Below are positions 16,510 through 24,412 of a DNA stretch of 56,727 bases, piece after piece. The stretch is from contig VBEJ01000036.1 of the NCBI GenBank assembly GCA_005882985.1, positions 1-56,727 of the forward strand, given 5' to 3'. A model generated the notes under the pieces. That model was given only the letters and a program-made list of their open reading frames with translations. It had not been told where the DNA came from and made no database searches. How positions within the stretch are numbered: position 1 is the stretch's first letter; every line of letters begins with the position of its first letter. Origin of the DNA: Chloroflexota bacterium. GTDB taxonomy: Bacteria > Chloroflexota > Dehalococcoidia > SM23-28-2 > RBG-16-64-32. Position numbers and translations under genes: made by a program.

Positions 16510-17595
16510 GTGGCTACCGTCCGTCAGCCCGATGTAAATAGACTTCTCGGCGCCGCCCAGACGGAGGTCCAGAAGAACCGCCAGCGGATCGAGAAGGGTC
16601 TCGATATCCTCCTCGCCCGTGAGGAGCCGCCCGTTGGCGTCACCCCCAAGGACGTCATCTACTCACGCGGGACGCTCCGCCTGTATCACTATCGCCCCAT
16701 GACCGACGAGGTGTACCGCGTGCCCGTCGTCTTCGTCATGTCGCTTGTCAGCAAGCCGTTCATCCTTGACCTGACTTTCGGCCAGAGCTTCGTCCAGTAC
16801 ATGCTTGCCCAAGGGTTCGACGTCTTCATGGTGGATTGGGGCATTCCCCGGCCGGAAGACAAGCGCCTGAAGCTGGACGACTACGTGCTCGATTTCATGC
16901 CGCGCTGCTTGGAGCAGGTGCAGAAAGCGACGGGAGAGAAGGAGTACAGCATCCTCGGCTACTGCATGGGCGGCCAGTTGGCCCTGATGTACGGTGGACT
17001 GAACCCCGAAGCGCCCATCGCCAACCTCGTCTGCGCCGCGACGCCCGTCGATATGGAAGGGATGGGACTGTTCCGGCACTTCTCCGATCGGCGCTGGTTC
17101 GATGTGGACCGTCTAGTCGACGCCATCGGAAACATCCCGCCCGATTTCATGCTGCGCTCCTTCGAGATGCTGCGGCCGATGGACCGTTGGATGAGCTATG
17201 TCCGCCTGCTAGACAATCTGTGGGACCCCGTCTTCGTCTACGGTTACCGCGTCATGTACAAGTGGACGAACGAGCAGATCCCGTTCGCCGGCGAGGCCTA
17301 CCGCCAGATGATCCGCGAGCTAATGTGGGAGAACAAGCTGATGAAGAACACTCTCACGCTCGACAACAGGCGGGTGGACACGAAAGCGATCACCTGCCCG
17401 GTTCTCAACGTTATGGCGGAACACGACCATATCGCGCCCTATGCGGCGACGAGACCCCTGACTTCGCTGGTCGGCAGCCTGGACACCGAGGACGTGCTCT
17501 TAAAAGGCGGGCACGTCAGCCTCGTGGCCGGCAAGAACGCCGTCGGGCGGCTTTGGCCGAAGGTCGCGGAATGGCTCGGCGAGCGCTCAGTATGA
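16510..17595 (+). CDS. phaC: class III/IV-type poly(R)-hydroxyalkanoate synthase catalytic subunit
   Basis: 361 aa, GTG start after AAGGAGGG. Lipase-box-like GYCMGG with the catalytic Cys. The size and alpha/beta-hydrolase core are typical of class III PhaC. Confidence 0.9.
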   Translation: MATVRQPDVNRLLGAAQTEVQKNRQRIEKGLDILLAREEPPVGVTPKDVIYSRGTLRLYHYRPMTDEVYRVPVVFVMSLVSKPFILDLTFGQSFVQYMLAQGFDVFMVDWGIPRPEDKRLKLDDYVLDFMPRCLEQVQKATGEKEYSILGYCMGGQLALMYGGLNPEAPIANLVCAATPVDMEGMGLFRHFSDRRWFDVDRLVDAIGNIPPDFMLRSFEMLRPMDRWMSYVRLLDNLWDPVFVYGYRVMYKWTNEQIPFAGEAYRQMIRELMWENKLMKNTLTLDNRRVDTKAITCPVLNVMAEHDHIAPYAATRPLTSLVGSLDTEDVLLKGGHVSLVAGKNAVGRLWPKVAEWLGERSV

Positions 17596-18467
17596 TGCGC
17601 ATCGAAGGCCGCACGGCGATTATCACCGGCGCTTCGTCGGGCATTGGCCAGGCAGCGGCGCGCGAGCTTGCCGGCCAGCAAGTGAACGTCGTGCTCGCTT
17701 CACGCAGCAGGGACAAGCTCGAGGCGCTGGCACTTGACCTGGTCGCGCTTCCGGGGAGGACGCTCGTGGTTCCCACGGACGTGACCGACCGGCTCGCGGT
17801 TGAAGCGCTGGTCCGTAAGACAGCCGAGGAGTTCGGCGGCGTAGACATTCTCGTCAACAACGCCGGTTCGGGTCTTTTCGCACCTATCGCCGGCGGCAAC
17901 CCCGAGAACATGCGCCGCCTATTCGATGTCAACTTTTGGGGTGCGATCAATTGCATTCAGGCGACAGTCCCGTACATGCGTACCCAGCGGGCCGGCCATA
18001 TCGTAAACGTGGCGTCGCTGGCCGCGAAAGTCTCTCCGCCGTACATGGGTATCTATTCGGCCACCAAGTTCGCGCTGTCGGCAGTATCGGATGCGCTGCG
18101 CTCTGAACTCGCTGGCAGCGGGATCGGGGTGAGCACGATCTATCCCGGGCTGACGTCGACTTCATTTATGGAGAACATGACCCAGGAGCTCGAGGTGCCG
18201 TCCTTGCCGCCCGTTGCGCGCTTCGTTGACGCCAGCGTTGTGGGTCACCGCATCTCGCAGGCCATTCGCTTCGGATTCCGCGATGCGTACATCTCCCCGG
18301 AAGATATCGCCGCAGTTGCTCTGAACACCGTCGCGCCGCAGATCGTCGACTGGACGATGCGGGTATTCATGGGCCGCCCGCCTGCGCTCGATGTCCCGGA
18401 AATCGAGCTTCCTCGCTCCGGCCTGCGGCGCCGGGAAGCCGACGCTGAACCCTCCGAGCCTGCCTGA
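17592..18467 (+). CDS. short-chain dehydrogenase/reductase (SDR), translationally coupled to phaC
   Basis: ATG at 17592 overlaps the phaC TGA (ATGA). TGASSGIGQA cofactor motif, NNAG, catalytic YSATK. The upstream part of track ORF 16836..18467 is an out-of-frame artefact inside phaC. Confidence 0.85.
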   Translation: MMRIEGRTAIITGASSGIGQAAARELAGQQVNVVLASRSRDKLEALALDLVALPGRTLVVPTDVTDRLAVEALVRKTAEEFGGVDILVNNAGSGLFAPIAGGNPENMRRLFDVNFWGAINCIQATVPYMRTQRAGHIVNVASLAAKVSPPYMGIYSATKFALSAVSDALRSELAGSGIGVSTIYPGLTSTSFMENMTQELEVPSLPPVARFVDASVVGHRISQAIRFGFRDAYISPEDIAAVALNTVAPQIVDWTMRVFMGRPPALDVPEIELPRSGLRRREADAEPSEPA

Positions 18468-18593
18468 ATCTGGACGCAACGTCGCCAGCTTTCTGAAACC
18501 CCAGCGCTGCTCAGTGTTACCGTCGTGCAAGCTTTGACGGATTATGCTCGCACTTGACGGAAGGGTGCCGCCCTAGAGAGAGGAGGCAGCGAG

Positions 18594-19148
18594 GTGCAGA
18601 CGATCTTGATTCTACTTGTTGGCGCTGTCGTCGCTATCTTGCTCGTTGGCGTTGCGATCCTGTTCTACGAAGAGGACCGAAAGCGGCGCGACCTTAGAAT
18701 GAGGCAGGCTATGGGGCGTGGGCGAACACTCATCCCTACGGGTGCCCGTATAGCGCCCCAACACGAGATCGCGCCGGCGCAACGTCTAAGCAGCCTGACA
18801 GTCAACCCACTTACGAGCGTCGAGGCGGCGCGCTTCTCGGGAGAATGGCGAAGAATACAGGAGCGTTTCGGGGACAACCCGCGCTCGGCACTTGCGGACG
18901 CCGACTGCTTGGCGCAGGACGTTATGGAAGCGCGGGGCCACCGGATGAACGACTTCGAACGAGTCCCGACCAGCATTCAGGCCGAATATCCGAGATATAT
19001 CGAAAACTACCGCAGGGCTCGTCGCATCTCGCTGCTGATCGTCCGGGGCCAGGCCGGGACGGTGGCACTACGACAAGCGCTGGTGCACTACCGTTCGCTG
19101 TTTGAAGAACTGCTCGAGAGCGAGGAGGGGGTCCTGACGCGTTCCTAG
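18594..19148 (+). CDS. hypothetical membrane-anchored protein
   Basis: 184 aa, GTG start after GAGGAGG. N-terminal TM helix (ILILLVGAVVAILLVGVAILF) and a helical cytoplasmic domain. No family recognised. Confidence 0.6.
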   Translation: MQTILILLVGAVVAILLVGVAILFYEEDRKRRDLRMRQAMGRGRTLIPTGARIAPQHEIAPAQRLSSLTVNPLTSVEAARFSGEWRRIQERFGDNPRSALADADCLAQDVMEARGHRMNDFERVPTSIQAEYPRYIENYRRARRISLLIVRGQAGTVALRQALVHYRSLFEELLESEEGVLTRS

Positions 19149-19189
19149 TGAGGAACCGGTGCTGAGGCCCTCCGAGCAGGACCATGAAG

Positions 19190-19220
19190 AAGGGGCCGGC
19201 ATGAGTCGGCCCTTTGTTTG
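19190..19220 (+). terminator. intrinsic terminator-like hairpin with T-rich tail
   Basis: AAGGGGCCG-8 nt loop-CGGCCCTTT followed by GTTTG. Lies between the hypothetical gene stop (19148) and the tmRNA 3' end (19228). Confidence 0.5.
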
Positions 19221-19227
19221 TCGGCGA

Positions 19228-19587
19228 TGGTGGAGACGGAGGGGAATTGAACCCCTCGTCCAGAGGAAAGCCTCCCCGAATCTCCTACAGGCTTAGCCGT
19301 CGTTTAGATCTCGCGCGGCGTACGTCCGCGGCCAACTTGCCGCCGCGCCAGCCGATGATTCTTAAGCCCCTCGTTATCGGCGTCGGAGGGACAGCACCCC
19401 GACATTGCGTCGTCGGGCCCTGCCCATCGGGGTGAGGCCTGGGCCCAACGTGGCTACCTTAGATTAGGCAGCCAAAGCGTACTGGTTTGTTCTGCCAGTT
19501 ACTTTTAGCGCCACCTGATTTACGAGTTGGTGACGAACTCGGCCTGCAATCCGGGCTCAACCTTCCCTGTCGAACCCTTTCGTCCCC
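19228..19587 (-). ncRNA. ssrA: transfer-messenger RNA (tmRNA, SsrA)
   Basis: On the minus strand the 5' end is GGGGACGAAAGGGTTCGACAGGGA and the 3' end is GAGGGGTTCAATTCCCCTCCGTCTCCACCA. The acceptor stem GGGGACG/CGTCTCC includes the G3:U pair. T-arm GGGG-TTCAATT-CCCC. Internal tag frame GGC AGA ACA AAC CAG TAC GCT TTG GCT GCC TAA (19496 down to 19464) gives GRTNQYALAA*. Confidence 0.92.
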
Positions 19588-19595
19588 GCGCCCCT

Positions 19596-19607
19596 ATTTT
19601 AGCACGT
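19596..19607 (-). promoter_or_regulatory. extended -10 element upstream of ssrA (ACGTGCTAAAAT)
   Basis: Minus-strand CGCACGTGCTAAAATAGGGGCGC directly precedes the mature 5' GGGGACG. TGn plus TAAAAT. Confidence 0.45.
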
Positions 19608-19699
19608 GCGGGGAGGCGGCGCGGCGTTCGACATGGACCATCTTAACCAATGGCCCACCCGAACTGGCGATTTCGTTTACCCAACCGGCACAGGCCGGC

Positions 19700-19708
19700 T
19701 GCTATCGT
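19700..19708 (+). promoter_or_regulatory. candidate extended -10 (TGCTATCGT) for the first TadG-like gene
   Basis: A TGnTAnnnT element 30 nt upstream of the ATG at 19738. RBS GGAGG lies between them. Confidence 0.3.
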
Positions 19709-19737
19709 GTTTGCGGAACCCGGTCTGGAGGTCAAAA

Positions 19738-20826
19738 ATGCGCCGAAAACCGTCTTTACCATTCGCGGCCGAAAAGGGGCAAGCAGTCACCATCGCGATT
19801 CTCTGCATGTCGATGTTGTTGGGGATGGTCTCGATGGCCACGGACCTCGGCCTGTTCTTCCATGACCGGCGACATCTACAGAACTCCACTGATGCGGCAG
19901 CCCTCGCCGGCGCCGCCGAACTGCCGCTCCACCCGGACCTCGCGGTCGATCGCGCGCGCCAGTGGGCGACGAAGAACGGGATTCCCAACGCACAGATCAA
20001 GAAGCTGGAAGTACGAACGACCGTAGTTACGAACGACACCATGTATGTTGAGGTCGAAAAGCAGTTTAACTGGATCTTCGCGCGGGCTCTGGGGCGATTC
20101 AGTGACGCAGTCTCCGCCCATGCCGCGGCGAGAGTTGGCTCCCTGTCGGGCGGTTATCACATGATGCCCTGGGCGCTGCTCCAGGGCGAATCTGTGTGCC
20201 TCAACGCCTCCGGCAATGCGATCCTGAATGCGAGTTGCAGTGTGAAGGTGGGGGCAGCCAGCGGCATTACCGGCTGGTACGGCGCTCTCGACTTCGATGG
20301 CAACGGCGGGGGCGCCTCGGAATACCAGGCGAACATCATCGATGGCACTACGGACTGGAAGTACTGTATTCACGGCGACCCCGCGCCCGGCTGCATCTCC
20401 GCGGTCTCCGTAATCGATACACTCACGGGCAATAAGGTGGGACCGACCGGGGCGGGGATCGATACACGGCTGTCGGCTGTAATCTGCGACGCTAATCACA
20501 ACGGAAAGGATGACTTCGGCGAGGTATTTCAGACAAACCCGGGCGGCAGCCCGACATACGTCACGACTTGTCCAGACAGCCCGCGGCTGGTGATCATCCC
20601 GATCGTCAGCTACACGAACGTGCCGATCAAGAAGGTGACCATCGAAGGCTGGTCCCTGGCTTACCTCTCCGGCTACGCGTGCGTCGAGGCGCCTAACTGC
20701 TCGAGCGGGCACGGCCACTGGGAGGTGCAGATCCAGATCGTGGATGCTGCCTATTCCCAGTCGGCCGGCTTCCTCGGCGCCTACGACGCCGATTCCGGCA
20801 TCACGATTCGCCGTCTAATCGACTAA
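19738..20826 (+). CDS. TadG/TadE-like (Flp pilus assembly-related N-terminal domain) exported protein, paralogue 1
   Basis: Start set at ATG 19738 (RBS GGAGGTCAAAA), 362 aa. N-terminal TM plus the TadE/G-like motif AILCMSMLLGMVSMATDLGLFFHDRRHLQNSTDAAALAGA. Eight Cys conserved with paralogue 2. Confidence 0.75.
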   Translation: MRRKPSLPFAAEKGQAVTIAILCMSMLLGMVSMATDLGLFFHDRRHLQNSTDAAALAGAAELPLHPDLAVDRARQWATKNGIPNAQIKKLEVRTTVVTNDTMYVEVEKQFNWIFARALGRFSDAVSAHAAARVGSLSGGYHMMPWALLQGESVCLNASGNAILNASCSVKVGAASGITGWYGALDFDGNGGGASEYQANIIDGTTDWKYCIHGDPAPGCISAVSVIDTLTGNKVGPTGAGIDTRLSAVICDANHNGKDDFGEVFQTNPGGSPTYVTTCPDSPRLVIIPIVSYTNVPIKKVTIEGWSLAYLSGYACVEAPNCSSGHGHWEVQIQIVDAAYSQSAGFLGAYDADSGITIRRLID

Positions 20827-20847
20827 CCCTCCTTCTCCCTCCAGCAT

Positions 20848-20875
20848 GCGGCGGCCTGTTCGAACAGGCCGCCGC
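20848..20875 (+). terminator. perfect 12-bp hairpin after TadG-like gene 1
   Basis: GCGGCGGCCTGT-TCGA-ACAGGCCGCCGC, 22 nt after the TAA. No U-tract. Confidence 0.55.
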
Positions 20876-21005
20876 TCGGCTCGCCCGGCTCGCCTCGCAT
20901 TCAGGCTTAACCGAGCATTCACTAACGTTAACTTCTGGTAAACCGAAAGCCGCCAGCACCGGCGATAGGCTAATTACAAGTCAAGAAAGATCTGAGGGTA
21001 CGCTA

Positions 21006-22094
21006 ATGAAGACGACGCAAGCAGACAGCCGGGGAGAAGGCGGGCAGACGCTTCTAATTTTCGTTCTCGCGCTGACCGTCCTGCTGGGAATGACGGCCAT
21101 GGCCATCGACGTCGGCTTGTTGTTCGAGGACCGGCGTCACATGCAGAACACCGCCGATGCGGCCGCACTGGCAGGAGTGGCGGAGCTTCCGGGCAACCCG
21201 GCGGCCGCGAAGTCTCAGGCAGCATCATGGGCGGCCAAGCACGGGCTTTCCTCGGGAGAAATCAAGAAGATCGAGGTACGCACCACCGCTTACCCCAACG
21301 ATACTCTCTACGTAGAGGTGGAGCGTCAGTTCAGCTGGGTGTTCGGCCGGGTTCTCGGTAAGAGGACCAGCGTGGTGCCGGCGAGCGCCGCGGCCCAGGT
21401 AGGTTCGCTCTCGGGCACCAGCAACTTGATGCCCTGGGCGATGGTGCTGGGCGACTCCGCCTGCCTAACTCCAACTGGTACCCCGATCGTCGATACCAAT
21501 TGTAGCGTAAAGGTGGGTTCCGGACTCGGGACGACTGGCTGGTACGGCGCGCTGGACCTCGATGGTAACGGCGGGGGTTCAAGCGAGTATGAATCGAATA
21601 TCAACGACGGAATGGCCCAAACAGTCTACTGTGCACAGGGTCAAACGGAGCCGGAATGCCAGACATCGACCGTCGACGCGCTGGAAGGCAACAAAACAGG
21701 CGGAACCGGGCACGGCATCGACCAGCGCCTGGCAGCGGAGCCAAGTGCCGGCTGCGATACGAACGGCAACAAGAAGGACGACTTCTCTGAGGTCTTTGGC
21801 GCCAACAGCGGCGGCACGCCAAAGTACGTCGTCACTTGCCCGAGTAGCCCGCGCATCATAATTGTGCCGATCGTTACGCTCAATGGAGATCCTGTGAAGA
21901 CGGTAACGATCCAGGGCTGGGCGCTAGCGTATCTCCAAGGCTACACGTGCGTAGGCGCCACCACTTGTAGCGGTGGAAAGGGCCACTGGGAGGTCCAGCT
22001 GACGATCGTAGACGCGATCTATTCGCAGTCCGCCAGCTTCATCGGGACCTTCAACCCGCTGAGCTCCGTGGCAGCCCGCCGCCTTATCGAGTAA
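21006..22094 (+). CDS. TadG/TadE-like exported protein, paralogue 2
   Basis: 362 aa. LLIFVLALTVLLGMTAMAIDVGLLFEDRRHMQNTADAAALAGV. Colinear with paralogue 1 along its full length, including the C-terminal GHWEVQ..IVDA.YSQSA..G motif. Confidence 0.75.
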   Translation: MKTTQADSRGEGGQTLLIFVLALTVLLGMTAMAIDVGLLFEDRRHMQNTADAAALAGVAELPGNPAAAKSQAASWAAKHGLSSGEIKKIEVRTTAYPNDTLYVEVERQFSWVFGRVLGKRTSVVPASAAAQVGSLSGTSNLMPWAMVLGDSACLTPTGTPIVDTNCSVKVGSGLGTTGWYGALDLDGNGGGSSEYESNINDGMAQTVYCAQGQTEPECQTSTVDALEGNKTGGTGHGIDQRLAAEPSAGCDTNGNKKDDFSEVFGANSGGTPKYVVTCPSSPRIIIVPIVTLNGDPVKTVTIQGWALAYLQGYTCVGATTCSGGKGHWEVQLTIVDAIYSQSASFIGTFNPLSSVAARRLIE

Positions 22095-22175
22095 CAAGCC
22101 GCTTGGTTCTCCGATTGTGGCCCACCGTTCGCTAACCCAGACGATGGGCGGCCTGGTTTGGCAAGCGACGAGAAG

Positions 22176-22628
22176 TCAGCTACGGCGGCGAAGAGCGCGC
22201 TGCATCTGGCGCTGAGCATCGCGCTTCGCGATTGCTTCGCGCTTGTCATAAGACTTCTTGCCGCGCGCGAGTGCAATCTCCAGCTTTGCTTTGCCGCCTT
22301 TCAGGTACAGCCGCAGGGGAACGAGAGTCGTCCCCGCCGCCTGGATCTCATGCTCGAGCTCGCGGACCTCTCTGCGATGCAGGAGCAGTCTGCGAGAACG
22401 CGTCGCGTCGTGGTTGTCGCGGCCTGCCGGCGGGTAGTGCGCTATATGGGCGCCCACAAGCCACATCTCGCCGTTCTGGGGGCGGACGTAGGCCTCGCGG
22501 ATGCTTACGTGACCGTCGCGAATAGACTTGATTTCGGTGCCCAGGAGGGAGAGTCCAGCCTCGACGGTACGCAGGATGTGATAGTCGTGGGACGCCTTAC
22601 GATTGACGGAAACTGTTTTCTCGCCCAA
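22176..22628 (-). CDS. smpB: SsrA-binding protein
   Basis: 150 aa, TTG start. NRKASHDYHILRTVEAGLSLLGTEIKSIR...LLLHRREVRELE...LVPLRLYLKGGKAKLEIALARGKK is a canonical SmpB sequence. Confidence 0.95.
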   Translation of the reverse strand: MGEKTVSVNRKASHDYHILRTVEAGLSLLGTEIKSIRDGHVSIREAYVRPQNGEMWLVGAHIAHYPPAGRDNHDATRSRRLLLHRREVRELEHEIQAAGTTLVPLRLYLKGGKAKLEIALARGKKSYDKREAIAKRDAQRQMQRALRRRS

Positions 22629-22661
22629 GCCGCTCTCCAGCAGGGAAGGGCTTTACATAAA

Positions 22662-23897
22662 CTACTGGCGCTGCGCCTGCGCGCCGTTTTGCAGGAAGTC
22701 AATCGCGGCGAAGAGCTGGGGGTCGCGGTGGGCTTGGACGTCTTCGGGCGTTAGCGCCACCGGCACATCGGGCTGGAGCCCGACGCCTTCGATCAGCTCG
22801 CCGTTCGGCGTCCGCCAGCGGGCAATCGTAACGTAGAGCGCGCCGCCGTTGGACAGGTTGCGAATATGATTGACCGAGCCCTTGCCGAAAGTCTTTTCGC
22901 CGATCAGCTTCGCCCGCCCGTGGTCGCGGAGGGCCCCCGCGAGCACCTCCGACCCGCTCGCCGAACCCGGGCCGACGAGGATCGCTACGGGAAGGTCCGT
23001 GACGTGGCCGGGCTTCGCATTATATACAGTCTCGCGGCCGTTTCGGTCCACCTGCGTAAGCACAACGCCATCGTCGAGAAACATGTCGGCGACGTCAACG
23101 GTGGCGTCCAGACCACCGCCGGGGTTCCTGCGCAGGTCCAGGATGATCCCCTTGTAGCCGGAGTCCTGTATGCGCTTGAGTTCTTTGTTCAGGTCGCCCG
23201 CCGTCTGCTCGGTAAACTGCTGAATTTCCAGGTAGGCGAGATCGCTCACCGGATTGCCGTCCTGGCCGCGCACTTCTTCCGGAAACACGGTGGGGATCTG
23301 GATGGTGGCACGATCGATCGTCAGCTGCTCCTCGGTCTTGTCGGTGTGACGCACGCTCAGCGTGACCGGAGTGCCCTCCGGGCCGCGGATCTTCTTGACG
23401 GCGTCCGCCACTGTCCAGCCTTCGGCCGATTCCCCGTTGACGGAAAGCAGCACGTCGCCGGGCAGAATTCCGGCCTTCTCCGCGGGTGAATCGCGGAACG
23501 GCGCCACGATCACGATCTCACCGGTGGTGGGGTCCTGGTCGACCTGAGCACCGATCCCCTGGAAGGCGCCGGAAATGATGTCTATTCCGACCGAGAAGTC
23601 TTCCGGTGATATGTATACGGTGTGCGGGTCGCCGAGGGACTGAATGAGGCCGTTGATCGCACCCTTTTGCAGCGTATCCGGGTTAACCGCGTCAGGCTTG
23701 ACGAAATCCTCTTTTAGAATGCCTTGAATTTCATCGAGAATCGAGTAGCCCTGGCTCGCGCTGCTCTGCTCTTCCTGACGCGAAGTGCCGGAACTCGAAG
23801 CGCCGGTATCCCCGATGGCATAGCCGACCACGCCCACCATTAGGATCACGAACGCCAGCGCGACGCCCGCCGTCCCAAGCTTTATCGTCTTCCACAT
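22662..23897 (-). CDS. ctpA: S41 family C-terminal processing peptidase with PDZ domain
   Basis: 411 aa. N-terminal TM, PDZ (GDVLLSVNGES), and catalytic region LVGPGSASGSEVLAGAL...GEKTFGKGS (Ser/Lys dyad). Confidence 0.9.
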   Translation of the reverse strand: MWKTIKLGTAGVALAFVILMVGVVGYAIGDTGASSSGTSRQEEQSSASQGYSILDEIQGILKEDFVKPDAVNPDTLQKGAINGLIQSLGDPHTVYISPEDFSVGIDIISGAFQGIGAQVDQDPTTGEIVIVAPFRDSPAEKAGILPGDVLLSVNGESAEGWTVADAVKKIRGPEGTPVTLSVRHTDKTEEQLTIDRATIQIPTVFPEEVRGQDGNPVSDLAYLEIQQFTEQTAGDLNKELKRIQDSGYKGIILDLRRNPGGGLDATVDVADMFLDDGVVLTQVDRNGRETVYNAKPGHVTDLPVAILVGPGSASGSEVLAGALRDHGRAKLIGEKTFGKGSVNHIRNLSNGGALYVTIARWRTPNGELIEGVGLQPDVPVALTPEDVQAHRDPQLFAAIDFLQNGAQAQRQ

Positions 23898-24015
23898 CAG
23901 CCAGTCACCTCGATTTCAAGAGCTTTTGACATAAATAGCGGCCCGCAGGCCGCCGTCTGTCTTCGTGAGATAGTTCGGATGTAAGCCAGCTTCGGATGAG
24001 CGCTAATCGCCAATT

Positions 24016-24024
24016 AGTGTAGCA
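24016..24024 (-). promoter_or_regulatory. candidate extended -10 (TGCTACACT) for the S41 protease-smpB transcription unit
   Basis: Minus strand reads GGCCGATGCTACACT (24030 down to 24016), about 120 nt upstream of the ATG at 23897. RBS GAGGTGA precedes the start. Confidence 0.35.
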
Positions 24025-24205
24025 TCGGCCTACCCGCCTGGCAATTTGGGTTCGGCTGATTGCGCTGCTTTCTCGACGTCTTGGCGACCCATTTCCTGTC
24101 GAGGCCGGCGCGGCGGCGGCTCCACTCCCCGGGCGCGTCAACCCAACTTGCAGCTACCATAACAAATATAGTGCGAACATATAACAGCCGAACTCGGGCA
24201 GTGGT

Positions 24206-24234
24206 TTGACCGCCTTCGGGGCCGATGCTAGACT
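24206..24234 (+). promoter_or_regulatory. promoter (TTGACC-17 nt-TAGACT with TGn extension) for the split metE genes
   Basis: -35 at 24206-24211 and -10 at 24229-24234, preceded by TGC. Predicts a leader of roughly 170 nt before the ATG at 24413. Confidence 0.45.
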
Positions 24235-24412
24235 GACCTTTCGCTGAGTTGATTCCCTGTCTCACGCGCTCAACGCTCGTTCCGCTTCGGTTTCGACCTT
24301 CGCTCGGGGCTGAAGATGCTCGAGGGGTACTGGACACACTCGAGGCAGAGTTGAGCGGCGTGAAGAAGGAGATCGACAGATCCTGTCTTCGAAAGCAGAG
24401 AAGGACTGAACC

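Noticed and set aside
19214-20026. Track ORFs 19214..19435(+) and 19487..20026(+), which overlap the tmRNA and its promoter region.
   Set aside because: The region folds into and matches a canonical tmRNA on the minus strand. The ORF translations are featureless.
24190-24211. A CCACTGCCC string on the minus strand that resembles the GCCACTG B12-box of cobalamin riboswitches, near the metE-type genes.
   Set aside because: It lies on the strand opposite to the methionine synthase genes, upstream of the putative promoter. The other conserved cobalamin riboswitch blocks were not found.
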